A DNA stretch of 61,002 nt, the filler included, from Sphacelaria rigidula (lineage: Eukaryota), in NCBI GenBank assembly GCA_964200075.2. It is 5 parts of 5 records of this genome, joined end to end, with 100 filler letters (N's around TTAATTAATTAA, not from the genome) between each part and the next. Parts side by side here need not be neighbours in the genome. Positions count along the whole stretch, not along the records: positions 48,884 to 61,002 come from CAXNAA020004104.1; 4 more parts are not named here. One strand, written 5' to 3'. Positions 50,548 to 61,002 of this stretch are shown piece by piece. Position numbers and translations under genes: made by a program. The notes below the pieces were generated by a model. The model was not told the origin of the DNA. It was given only the letters and a program-made list of their open reading frames with translations, and ran no database searches. The number at the start of each line of letters is the position of its first letter. The stretch's first letter is position 1.

Positions 50548-52328
50548 GTTGTACAGTGTGGATCGCAGATAACAGGATGGACTACGAACGTACACACTGC
50601 AGTGCAGACAGTTCGCAGAAAACGTTTGACAATAGACCGGGCGTGATTCGTCGTTCTTGTCGATGAGATCTGCTTCGTCGGATATATCAGTACTCGGACT
50701 GACTTATATTTTTATTTGTCGCACTTCGAACCCCTCCCCTTCCTCGGGGCGAGTCCGTGGTCTCAAGAGATCAATCAACCCATTTCCCCCCGGTACATTA
50801 CTGTTATATATATATAGAGAGAGAAATTATTATCGGGCCCTTTTTTTAGCTGCCCTCATAACTTTTTTGTTTTCTCGAAAGTACGTGCGTACGTAATTTA
50901 CTCGGCGGGGCTGTCAAAATACACCGCTAGGCTCGCCAGGACGCCCCCCGTCTTCTTCCGAGAGCGTCCTGGAGAGGTTTTGCTTTCCTCTACAGCCGTG
51001 GTTTGAATGGTCGTTCATGTTGCCAGTTATTATGAAGATCTGCTGATTTGCAGTCTCCGCCACGAGTGGGGTCAAACCTCCTCAGAAGTGGCAACATGGG
51101 CGAACAGTCAAACTACCACTGGAGAAACGGAAAACTGCCCCAGAGAGCTCTCGGCAATATTTCCGGGGGGAATCCTGACGAGGCTATCGGTGTTTTGACA
51201 GCCCCGCCCAGTATATCGCGTATTTTCGGCCACAAGAGTAAGTTATGAGGCGGGCTTTCATCGAAGGGGACAACGTCCTTGCTAAACATCCCCTTGGGCA
51301 AAAAGGGCTGGTAATCAGTCGCCGCGATACTGCCCCCGCAAAAAGTGCCCCAGGATCCCCTTTGCAGAAGGGAAATACCACTTCCTGAGGCCCCTTTCGC
51401 AAGGGGATTTGTGGACGCCCCGATCGGGAACAAATATGTCCTGTTGACAGGGGCTCACGCAAACGCTTGTACACGACCCAACACCGAGGTGAGCCTCAGT
51501 AACACCTTGCCCCCGCAAAACCAGAGACGCACACATTTGACCGCCGTGTCTTATCGAGAACGAAAAATAGAAGTGGGAAAAAGGAACAAGCGCCCAAAAG
51601 CAGCATGTTCAATGATCCCCGGGCGGGTCTTGCGGTTGCGGCGACTAAACAACATGCTGCCTTTGGACGCTTATTCCTGTTTCCGCTTTTTATGATAGGT
51701 CTCGATGAGACACCGCCTTGGGGGTAATGGTATATCCAAGATGCGAAGCCGTGACGATATGACGACGAGCTCACATAATAATAGGCTGAGGCCTTGTCCG
51801 AACGAGACAGGGAAATATAAGCCAGCGAAAGAAGCATGTTATCGGTCGCTGCGATAACCCCCCCCCCACACACACACACACACACATGTCTGGTCGTGTC
51901 TTACCGAGAGCAATAGGAGAAGCGGGAGAAAGAACAAACGTCCAAAAGCAGCACGTTGATTGGTCGCCCAAAACATTTGCCGAACATGAGCCACAGAACT
52001 CAAGCCATACAGTACACAGCACCCTCGTGGCGTCATCTTTTTCAAATCCACTCAGTTGTTACATGTATGTAAGATCCACCGCAGTTTACACGCCTTTACT
52101 CCTTTGACAGCGGCGTACCGCTGTCCTCATTTTCCAGTTCATTTGAGCCAATGGAAACGTTCTCTTAATTCATTCCAATATACAAACAAACAAATGTTCC
52201 TCCCGTGAAGAGTCATACACATTTCAGCAGTCATGTGATCATTCCTACCCTTACCGCCAGGGTGGGCCATCTATATTTTCACTCTAAAAATGAACCATAA
52301 GCCCAATGTTGTCGAATCAGCCTCTTAA

Positions 52329-52427
52329 CCCTTCGACTGCGAGGGTTGGTCACCTGCTTAATTGGCATCAATTTTCACTCTAGAAAAGTATGCATGGTCC
52401 AGATGGACTGCCCTCGCGGTCTAGGGG
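52329..52427. mobile_element. Mini piggyBac-like MITE
   Basis: TTAA|CCCTTCGAC...GTCTAGGGG|TCAA; homologous to 24450-24546. Confidence 0.75.
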
Positions 52428-52758
52428 TCAATTTGAAAAATCGCTGGGACCCGAACGATGTGCCACCCAGGCGGTCAGAGGGTTACCTATTGGGGCGCCA
52501 GATTTCATTTCGGAACAGTTTATTGCCGACTGACTTTTTTGTGTCTTCACCATCACACTTTCAACCCCCGCCCCTCTTCTGCGAGGTCAATAGTCTTGTG
52601 ACTATGGCATTGCAAGATTATGAAGTCCGTGATCTTGAGGCATAAACCCATCTCTCCCCGGTACACGCACCTTCCATTTTGGCTTCGAGTGATTCTACGG
52701 TACAGAAGGGGTGCACTTTTTACTCGGAAAGTTTTCTGAGACTGCATGCACGTACTAA

Positions 52759-53227
52759 GGCTACTTCTTATGTATGAAAGGATAAAAATGTTGAAAAGTG
52801 CATTTTTGGCCCTTCTCCGTCGTTTTTCCGCCGGGAAGAGCGCTAGGCGGCGGTTGACACCCTGGAATGAGTTGCTCTGCTCTCCGAGACGGTTCCAGAG
52901 CACCTTTGCGTTAACCGTAGGTCACAGTTTCGTTCTTGACCAAACTTGCATTTTCAATAACAAACGATCAAGTCATCAAGAACATGTCAGTTTTCCCCCT
53001 GTTTTTTTATAACTTGACCGTTTGTTATTGAAAAATGCAAGTTTGGCCAAAAACAAAACTTTGACCCACGGCGAACAAAAAAGTGCTCTGGAACCGCCTC
53101 AGCGAGTAGAGCAACTCATTCCAAGGTGTCAACATCCGCCTAGCCCTCTTTCCGGGGGGAAAACGACGGAGAAGGGCCAAAAATGCACTTTTCAACATTT
53201 TTATCCTTTTATACATAAGAAGTAGCT
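52759..53227. mobile_element. PIF/Harbinger-type fold-back MITE
   Basis: TAA TSD both sides; ~215-bp arms. Confidence 0.85.
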
Positions 53228-53538
53228 TAAGGCCCAGATGTTTGTCATCGAAATGCTCCAAAAGTGCAGAGGCTCAGAGAAAAAAATGTGCCCCCCCCTC
53301 CTACTCGTGTGGAGTAGAACCACTCTTTCTAAGAGTGGACTAGCACTCCAGAACCCTATACAGGAGCACTCCCGCACTGCGTTAGGTTTTTTATTGTCGT
53401 CTACTCACGTCCTCATGGTTTCATCGGTGGGAAACAGCACAACCTGAACAAAATATTAAGATTTTACACTGCTGAAGAAAGTGTACTGCGCACAGTATGG
53501 AATGTGTTGTCTACATTGCGAAAGATGCGGTAAACAAC

Positions 53539-53796
53539 GTTTTAGCGAGATTGAGAGTAGAGCGCTGATTGAGAGTGGCTTTGATCATTCGCTTTAACTT
53601 ACTGTAGCCAATTTTTCATTCCGTGTGTGGTTTTCTTTGCCTCCATCACTGGGGTGTGCTTACAGCTACACGTCGATATCCTACTCAGGGGTATCAAGGG
53701 CCTCGTGGGGGGGCATTCCGGAACGGAAACGATTCATTCACCTATTGACCGCTTTTCAGTCTCAATCGTATCCTCTACTCTCAAGCCCATAAAAAC
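53539..53796. mobile_element. MITE, inverted copy of 50256-50547
   Basis: Reverse-complement homology. Confidence 0.7.
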
Positions 53797-54076
53797 AGTT
53801 TCGATGGTCGACACTGTACGCGGTACACTTTTTAACAACGTGGTCTGTTGTCCGGGGGTGGGAAAAAAAAATGGAAGAAAAAAAAAGCAAAGCGCGTCTG
53901 GCGCGGGAATCGAACCCCCGCTCTCTTCACTCTCCTGGTGCCATATGGGCCATTATTACAATTATTACACCCCCGGAACGTGGCGGCAAAAGCAAATCGA
54001 ACGTCGACGGTAGGTACCGCACCCGCGCTCTCTTCACTCTCCTGGTGCCAGATGGACCATTATTTTTTTGCAACTC

Positions 54077-54300
54077 AAATTCGACCTGACGGTCAAAGAG
54101 GGAAGGGGACTGCTGAATCACTCTCGCGATATATAATGAAGGAAAGCACCGCAGAAGGAAGGTGATCGAGGTACTAAAAACAGATGAAAAAAATATCCTT
54201 TTTTGTCCCTCCTACTGTTTGACCCCGGCTGGTGCGCCCACATATACCAAACGGTGTAGACTGGCGTCCAGAATACATGGGATGACACAACACACACACA
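54077..54300 (+). mobile_element. 5'-truncated SINE with (AC)n tail
   Basis: Reverse match to body of 35054-35406. Confidence 0.7.
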
Positions 54301-54335
54301 TGCCACCCGAACGCGGCGGCAAAAAGAAAAGAGGA

Positions 54336-54416
54336 CGTCGACGGCAGGACTCGAACCTGCGCGTGAAATCACAATGGGTTTCTAATCCATCTCCTTAACC
54401 ACTCGGACACGTCGAC
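54336..54416 (-). tRNA. tRNA-Ser (anticodon AGA)
   Basis: Acceptor GTCGACG/CGTCGAC, D arm, anticodon loop TTAGAAA, long variable arm, T arm GCAGG-TTCGAGT-CCTGC, discriminator G, T-run downstream; one A-C mismatch in the anticodon stem. Confidence 0.85.
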
Positions 54417-55442
54417 ATCAATTGGTAGTGTGGCGCGGGAAGGCCAAACCTGTATCTAACTTAGTCTGCATCTAAGTGAGCGACCCCTCCCTGCTTGTCA
54501 CCACCAGCCCGACTGACAGTAAGGTCTGCTGTACCAGGCTGCATCGTGTATTTGTGTGATCCACAGCCCGTCACCAATGTGTACATGTGATTCGTCGGCA
54601 TCACTTTCACGTCAAAAATCAATGCATGACCTCACACGACCTACCCTAGCGGCCAAAGGGTTAAGATTTAGACCTTTGACCGCCACGTTGGGTGGGTCAT
54701 CTAGACTCCAGCTTTCGGATGAAAATCATACGAACCCCGATTCAGCGGGTGACCCGCCCTAGCGGTCTAATGCTTGACCCAAAGACGTGTTCCCAACCTT
54801 CCAACACAGACAGTTCACCAAGTTGTCAGAAACATTGATTGTTTCACGTGATTATAGAATATGCACTGATATGTTGGATCTTTAGAGGGGCTGACAATCA
54901 CAAGTGCTCCGGCGAGTAGCTCTGCCAGAAAGTGCTTTGTCCTGATATCAAGTCTGCCAACAGTACACTTTGCCGAAGGGCACCCTCTGCACTCCCCGCG
55001 CCCGAGGGTTCTCTTATGCCTCGGTCGGGGTTGGGGTTAGAGGGTTTGAGTTGTGGCTGGCAGCACTTCATGTATAGTACCAACCATAGTTTCCAACCAT
55101 TTGGTGAACAACCCTCCGATCCCAACACACAGTGGTTGATCTGCGTAAGTTGCCATCTCAAGCCCACGCGATTGAGTAGACATGAAACATATTTCTTTTA
55201 GACCGCGATGGGGGTAAGTCCATCTGGATCACGCGTAGTTTCTTCAAGGGAAATTAATGTCAATTCAGTAGTTAATACATATATATATATATATATATAT
55301 ATACACCATGGGTATGCGGTGAATTTTTCCCGACTTGTCCAACATATGAACATGGAGAATGTTGGAAGAAAAATCCGACGCTTGATTTCTGGAGTAATCT
55401 GCAGTCATCGTCTTGACTTCGTCTTTTGCCTGACCCAGTTAA

Positions 55443-55535
55443 CCCTTAGACCACGAGGGTACTCCGTCTGGATCATGCCTCTTTTTTGTTTCGAGTGAAA
55501 TTTATGTCGTTTCAACAGATTACCTACTCTCGCTC
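55443..55535. mobile_element. Mini piggyBac-like MITE, reverse orientation
   Basis: TTAA|CCCTTAGACC; homologous to 24450-24546. Confidence 0.6.
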
Positions 55536-56509
55536 TCTTGGGCCAACTCTTGTGGAAGCGTTTGAAAAATTATTTTGCAACAATGTCAGAGGATTTTTTT
55601 TTTTCTTTGTCATCATGGTGAACGGCACAAAATACACAACTACGGGAGAGAAAAAAAGAAAAAGTCGTTGAAAATTATTGCAAAATAAAATTCTGAACGC
55701 TCCCATAAGAGTTGGCCTTAGGGTTGAGAAATTTGCGCCCACACTTTTCAGAGAGTTTTTCTTAGTTTTTTTCCGAATAAGTCGGAAGAAATTAATCGGA
55801 AAAGTGAATAGCCCCCTTGACAGCATCTCCAAGTAGGTTCGCTGCAACCGTACACTATGGACAAACTGGAGCGCGCCGCGCGCTCGAATCAGTCGGTAAT
55901 CGACGTAATTGCATTAGTTTCCACTCTCCTGGGACACCGAAGACGGTCTGGCAGAGGTACCCGTTAGTGAAGGTTTAGTACAAGAACCAAGACCCCCTTC
56001 ACGTTCACGACACTCGAATTCTTGCCCGATCGCGCTAGAAATTGGAGTGCATCTGACGGCAAGGCAAGGCAAGAATAACGACGGTTCCTGTTTTGGCTTT
56101 CCACCCGTCGCCTTTTATTTTCGAGAGTTGTGTAGAGTGCCAAATGGTCACGATCTGGATTCTTCCACGAAAATATTGTTGTATCTGTGCATAGTAGTCC
56201 ATACGGTTTTTAGTTGGTATGCTCTCTCCTTCGAGTACGTTCCCGATTGAAGTTTCCTAGTCACGCGCATTGGGAGAGAAGTGTTGTCGGAACAGCTTCA
56301 CATATCGCAGAAATGGTTTGAAATAGAATACCATAGGAGTGTTGATTGCATTAATACACACGTCGTTTTCCCCGGTCACTACATGAGCGTTTACGCAAGT
56401 ATTCGTCCGCAATGTCGGCTTAGGATCACAGGTTTGTGGTTTTTCAATGTGGCGAATGGAATCACTCCATGGATATTAATCCGCATGACGTCGGGCTTTG
56501 TTGTGTTGA

Positions 56510-56714
56510 CCCCTTGACCGCGAGGGTAGGTCACCTGCCGATTCGGCATCAATTTCACTTGGAAAAGTATGTGTGATCCAGATGGACTACCCGCATCGCG
56601 ATGTCAGGAATAAATCCTTTTAGACGGCGTGCGTAGGTCATCTGTTGAATCGGTATCAATTTTACTTGACAAAAGTATGCATGATCCAGATGGACTACCC
56701 TAGTTGTCTAAGGG
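56510..56714. mobile_element. Two tandem mini piggyBac-like MITEs
   Basis: Two head-to-tail copies of the CGGYATCAATTT...ATCCAGATGGACTACCC core. Confidence 0.65.
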
Positions 56715-56802
56715 TTGAACCTATTTAGCGTCCATGCGCCAACGTACCCTCCTGTCTTTTTCCGCTGTATTTTCGGAATCGTTGTTTTGCTGGTTGACAC
56801 GA

Positions 56803-57186
56803 CACACGCGGCCATTCGGCTACCCCCATAAAAATGCTCTATCGCGATTTTCATCCTCTCGAGGGTAAAATAGCCTCTAACAGGGTATTTCATCCCCAGG
56901 TGCGGTCATTAACGAATCCTCTAGAGGGCATCTGATGCTCAAGTGCCTCCTGAGGTCTGAATCCCTCGAGAATAACAAAAAAGATGGTGCTCTGAAGGTC
57001 GGCGTATCCTCCAAATTCCCCCGGAGGGATGCGCGGCCCTCCAGAGGTGAAACAAGCCTCTGGATGCGTTTGATCCCACCCCTCTGGAGGGCGGCACACC
57101 CTCTGGAGGCGTTGAATTTCTCTGGAGGCTCGAAAAGTTGACCAGAACAGAGTATTTTAGGGGGGGTAGCCGAATGGCCACGTGTG
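56803..57186. mobile_element. Non-autonomous CMC/EnSpm-like element
   Basis: CACACGCGGCCATTCGGCTACCCC TIR; TSD GA; homologous to 34567-34899. Confidence 0.75.
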
Positions 57187-57400
57187 GATTCACACAACAC
57201 ATTTGTTCCCGATGCATTAGTTTTTTGCCTTAGTTTTGTTCCGTTTCGTAAAGCCCTCCCCCGTGCTCGTTTCGCTGACGTGTTTTCCTCATCTAAGATA
57301 CTCGGGCGCCGAAAGTGCAACATGTGAGTCCCCGCTCATTCGTCTGTTTCCAATGTTGTTGTTACCGTATGCATTCATCCAATAACTGCGCGCAGGTCAA

Positions 57401-58210
57401 ATGACGAGGAGGAGAATGAGGTCGGTGGGAGGGCGGGGGGCGGGTGATGCTCCCACCGCGGCAAGAGCGGGGGAGAATTGTCTTGACGGATTGATCGCCC
57501 GAAAAAGAGTTTCGGTCATTCCTAAGATAATTGATCTTACCGTCGGCGATGACGAAGGGGAAGACAGCGACGCGCGGAATAACCCTCTCATCTGCCTCGA
57601 AGGGGTGATCTGCAATGTGCAGTCTTTCCTAGGCGACGACGTCTTTCTGTTCGTTGGCGGGGTGTCCAAGGCTTGGCGCCGTGCGTGGGCCTTGGTGCTT
57701 CCGGCACAGGAGGATGACTATAGCAACAAGGGCAACAACGGGGACTTTTACAGAAGAGACAACGCCACCCCCAGCACCCTCAGTACCTGTTTCAACGACA
57801 ACCGTCAACGTCGGCAACTCCATCGGGAGCATTGCCAGCACCGCCAACACCGATTCCGCGCCGCCGGCACAATCATTCCCGACAGGAGGCCGCCAAAGAC
57901 GACGCTGCGCGCCGCCGTACAGTCCGCATCATGCCTCGAGTGGGCTCGATGGTCGGGGTGTACGTGGGACAGCAAGACAATGAGCTACGCGGCGGCCGAG
58001 GGATGCCTGAGAACGATCCAACAGGCTTGGCTCGAAGGGTGCACTTGGGATGCCACGACGCCTGCGATGGCTGCGGCGGCTGGGCATCTTGAGGTGCTGC
58101 AGTGGTGCAGGGCGGTCGGGTGTCCTTGGGATCAGCGGACGTGTGATTTCGCTGCGAACGGAGGACACATCGAGGTACTACAGTACGCCATATTTCACCG
58201 TGATGTCTGT
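57401..58210 (+). CDS. F-box-like + ankyrin repeat protein (3' end uncertain; ORF runs to 58453)
   Basis: FLFVGGVSKAWR F-box-like motif; repeats GCxWD..T...AA.GGHLEVLQW; possible gtaaga donor at 58211. Confidence 0.8.
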
Positions 58211-58782
58211 GTAAGAAAGCAGCGTCTTATTGTGTCCCCTTCTGCGGCAATTGTTGCGGCCAATTTCACCATTTCAAGAACATGTGCCCCCCCGTCCCCG
58301 TCCCCCGCGCCTGTCTCCTTTTCTCGGGCGTTTCTTTTGATCGCCTCCTACTGTTTGTGCAAGAACAAAAATGGTAAAGAAATGCGTACAGTAGTGTGGC
58401 ATTCCGGTTGTTTTGATTTTTTTTTTTTGTTGAAAAAAAGTCTACTCGTATAATAGGCGAATTTGCCCCCCTGGAGTTGAATAACTCCAAGCATAGCTGT
58501 CAACTCTCTGGAGGGATTTCCAGAATTTTGCGGATATTTCGTTTCCGCAGTTTGACTCCGGTCCGAATTGAGTTTGGAGATTGTAAAAAAAAACATGAAA
58601 TTTCGAAGTTCGTGTCAAAATCACATGAGGAATACTCAATTCGGCGCGAAGTTGAGGGACAAACTTGCGTGCATGAGAAAACCGGGAAAATGCGTTGGAT
58701 TCCTGTAGGGGAAAATGCAGTAAGTCTTTTCTTGGTACTACGGTAGATTCTGCCTAACTCTCTTTTGCGGTGGACAATAATC

Positions 58783-58964
58783 CACATCCTGGATAATGAC
58801 ACTATACGTTCAAGCGATGCAATAGGCGAAAAGTGTACTGGATAAAGTGTAGGCCTATTCCAACTAATGCCGGTCGTCAGTAGTTGCAATAGGCCTACAC
58901 TTTATCCAGTACATTTTTCGTCTATTGCAACTATTGACCATAATTTGTCATTGTCCAGGGTGTG
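58783..58964. mobile_element. Hairpin MITE with 8-bp TSD
   Basis: TSD CAATAATC/CAACAATC; homologous to 23032-23201. Confidence 0.8.
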
Positions 58965-59729
58965 CAACAATCCAAGGGTCGGAAGAATCACCGATGGTTC
59001 GAATAACCATATCTACGATTTCTCAGGCCTGATTTTCTCGGAATCCCACAAGAAGCTGCGCGTGGGTCAAAAACGTCTGGCCCAATTTTTGCGCTATTCC
59101 GCGTGCTGGGGTGCGCGTACCTAAGTTGCAACACTGAAAAGAAATCCCAAACACTGATCGCACAGTACTGATTGATTTTGACTGAAAGCAAGTAATTTTT
59201 CAGATGAATCATTATTTGTCCGAGCCTCGAAGTAACCCGTCGGAGCGTCTCAGTACGACTTCTGTTTTTTTTCTTTCCTTGACCAGGTCTTTTGGTTATT
59301 CAAACCATAAAACGCTGTCTCAGTCTCTCGCCTGTTCTTACGCAGGAAATTCTGTGCATATTGGCGCGCAGTCCAAGTGCATTTCATGTTACTTTTGTGA
59401 CGCTGGGCTGTGGTTCTTTTATTGCGAAGGCAGGCGCGTGTTGCGCTTTGTTCTTGCGTCAAGGCTGAAAGGCCAGTACGGTACGGTACAGTGTAGAACA
59501 GTAGAGCTGTGCACACCCTCGAAAATAGCAGCTTGCATGAGTGATGAGATGAGACCTCTCCGTGCCTCTACATCCGGCATGACTTTTTTCCAGCTTCAAA
59601 GCGTAGGCTTGAGTACACAATGAATGCGGCGGGGGAGATGCGGCACTGTACTATATCGTAACGTGTGTTGGTCGGGATGAACAGCAAACTGGTGAGCGTT
59701 TTTTTATTTTGTTGCGCGTGGGAAAGATA

Positions 59730-60062
59730 TAACAACCGATCATCGAAATTGAGGATGGAGCTTTTCATCGAGGATGAGAACCCGGAGAATTCAAATATTC
59801 GTATCCACACCAAATCTTCGAGATATGGTTCCATTCCTTCACCTACTGATAGCTACTGACAAGTACTATGCGTCATACAAATTTGGATTTCGATCACTGA
59901 AATCTTGGGGTCCTAGGTGAAAAACCAATTTCGGGGAATTTCGGCGATCCGATCGGATCACCTAAATCCCCGGAAATTGTTCCTTCACCTAGAACCCCAA
60001 GATTTTGGTTATCGAAATCCAATTTTTGTAGAGCGTGTAGCAGTTGTCAGCAGCTATCAGTA
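59730..60062. mobile_element. Fold-back element, right arm truncated
   Basis: Homologous to 20788-21234; centre ~59952. Confidence 0.8.
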
Positions 60063-61002
60063 AGGGGGGGCAGGGTAAGCACGTGCGCCCTCGGTTCTTC
60101 CGCGACACGCAGGAAGAATCATTGAATATCGTCATCGCCAAAGTTTTTGAACGCTTTTCACTTTTCATTCCAGATTTTTTAATGCTTATTTTTCGGAAGC
60201 TTTCGCTGCCAGGATAAGTTTATCTCTCCAAGTCGGCATCCTTTTGACTCGAAAAAAGATGACGTCAAGATCGAGAATGACCCCCGACCTGGAGGTTCAA
60301 GAGGTTTATTTCCATGACCTGACCCTTTCCTGCTTCTCGGGACGAAGGCCGTACTGTAGTATCGAGACAACAACCCGTCTCCTCCTAGGTACAGGGGGTA
60401 GCATTCTATGATCGAGGATTGGATCAGTATCCCCGTATCCCGTCGTCTCTCGACCATTTTTATTCCCGACTCGCGTCCCGAAACACATCTTCCACGACGT
60501 AAACCTGCCCCCTTCTCAGCATACGTCCAGAGCCGGAACGTCAACCTTCTGCCGTAGACGACTGTTGGTGCAGTGTAGCAGTTACATCAAACCACGGCGA
60601 GTATAAATCCTTTAACCGCCAGCGTAGACAACCCTGTTGAAGCGGCACTTTTTTTGCACTTTTTATTCTGACAAACGGCAAGATGAACTGATGCCGATGA
60701 AGTAGGTACGTCTACCCTGACGGTCGAAGGGTTCACGGTGTAAAACCATCAAAATGTCCGTGCTCATGTTTGCTTATCGCTACAACAGTGCCGGGAAAAC
60801 GCTGTGTGCGCGCCGTGAACCGACCTGACCTCGTGAGGTCAGTTCCCCACTGCCTTTTGGAGGTGTCTCTGTTAGAAGTAGGAACGGTGCTCCGTCTCCA
60901 AAGGGATACGGGGTCTATGGTCAAATTACGCTACCCTCCCCACCACACAACGTACCCAACCCACCCCCCTAAAACCACTTCCTGGGAGACATCCGTTCGA
61001 CC

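Noticed and set aside
50256..53796. 3.5-kb composite transposon bounded by inverted ~280-bp repeats
   Set aside because: Each repeat has its own TIRs, they are diverged, and no shared TSD or transposase is seen

Overview
Eukaryotic, intron-rich, repeat-dense DNA, most likely from a brown alga (Phaeophyceae). That assignment is inferred from repeat families, TTAGGG-like motifs and gene style. The window is not one locus: it is five unplaced contigs of 12123, 12121, 12120, 12119 and 12119 bp, sorted by size and joined by artificial 100-bp N44-TTAATTAATTAA-N44 linkers. Contig 1 (1-12123) is a resolvable nest of mobile elements. A ~0.9-1 kb head-to-tail host repeat carries, in adjacent units, a non-coding LTR element (2095-5268) and a Ty3/Gypsy element (6058-11062). 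The Gypsy pol has an in-frame deletion of the RT core, and the element itself contains a solo LTR and a MITE. Every one of these insertions has a 4-bp TSD. Contig 2 holds a multi-exon RI-like LRR gene (minus strand) with fold-back elements in an intron, plus a palindromic minisatellite. Contig 3 is mostly MITEs, a SINE and unresolved exon-like pieces. Contig 4 has a 2.7-kb Ser/Arg-rich exon. Contig 5 has a tRNA-Ser(AGA) followed by tRNA-like tandem units, many MITEs and an F-box-like/ankyrin gene. No CRISPR array, rRNA or prokaryotic system is supported.
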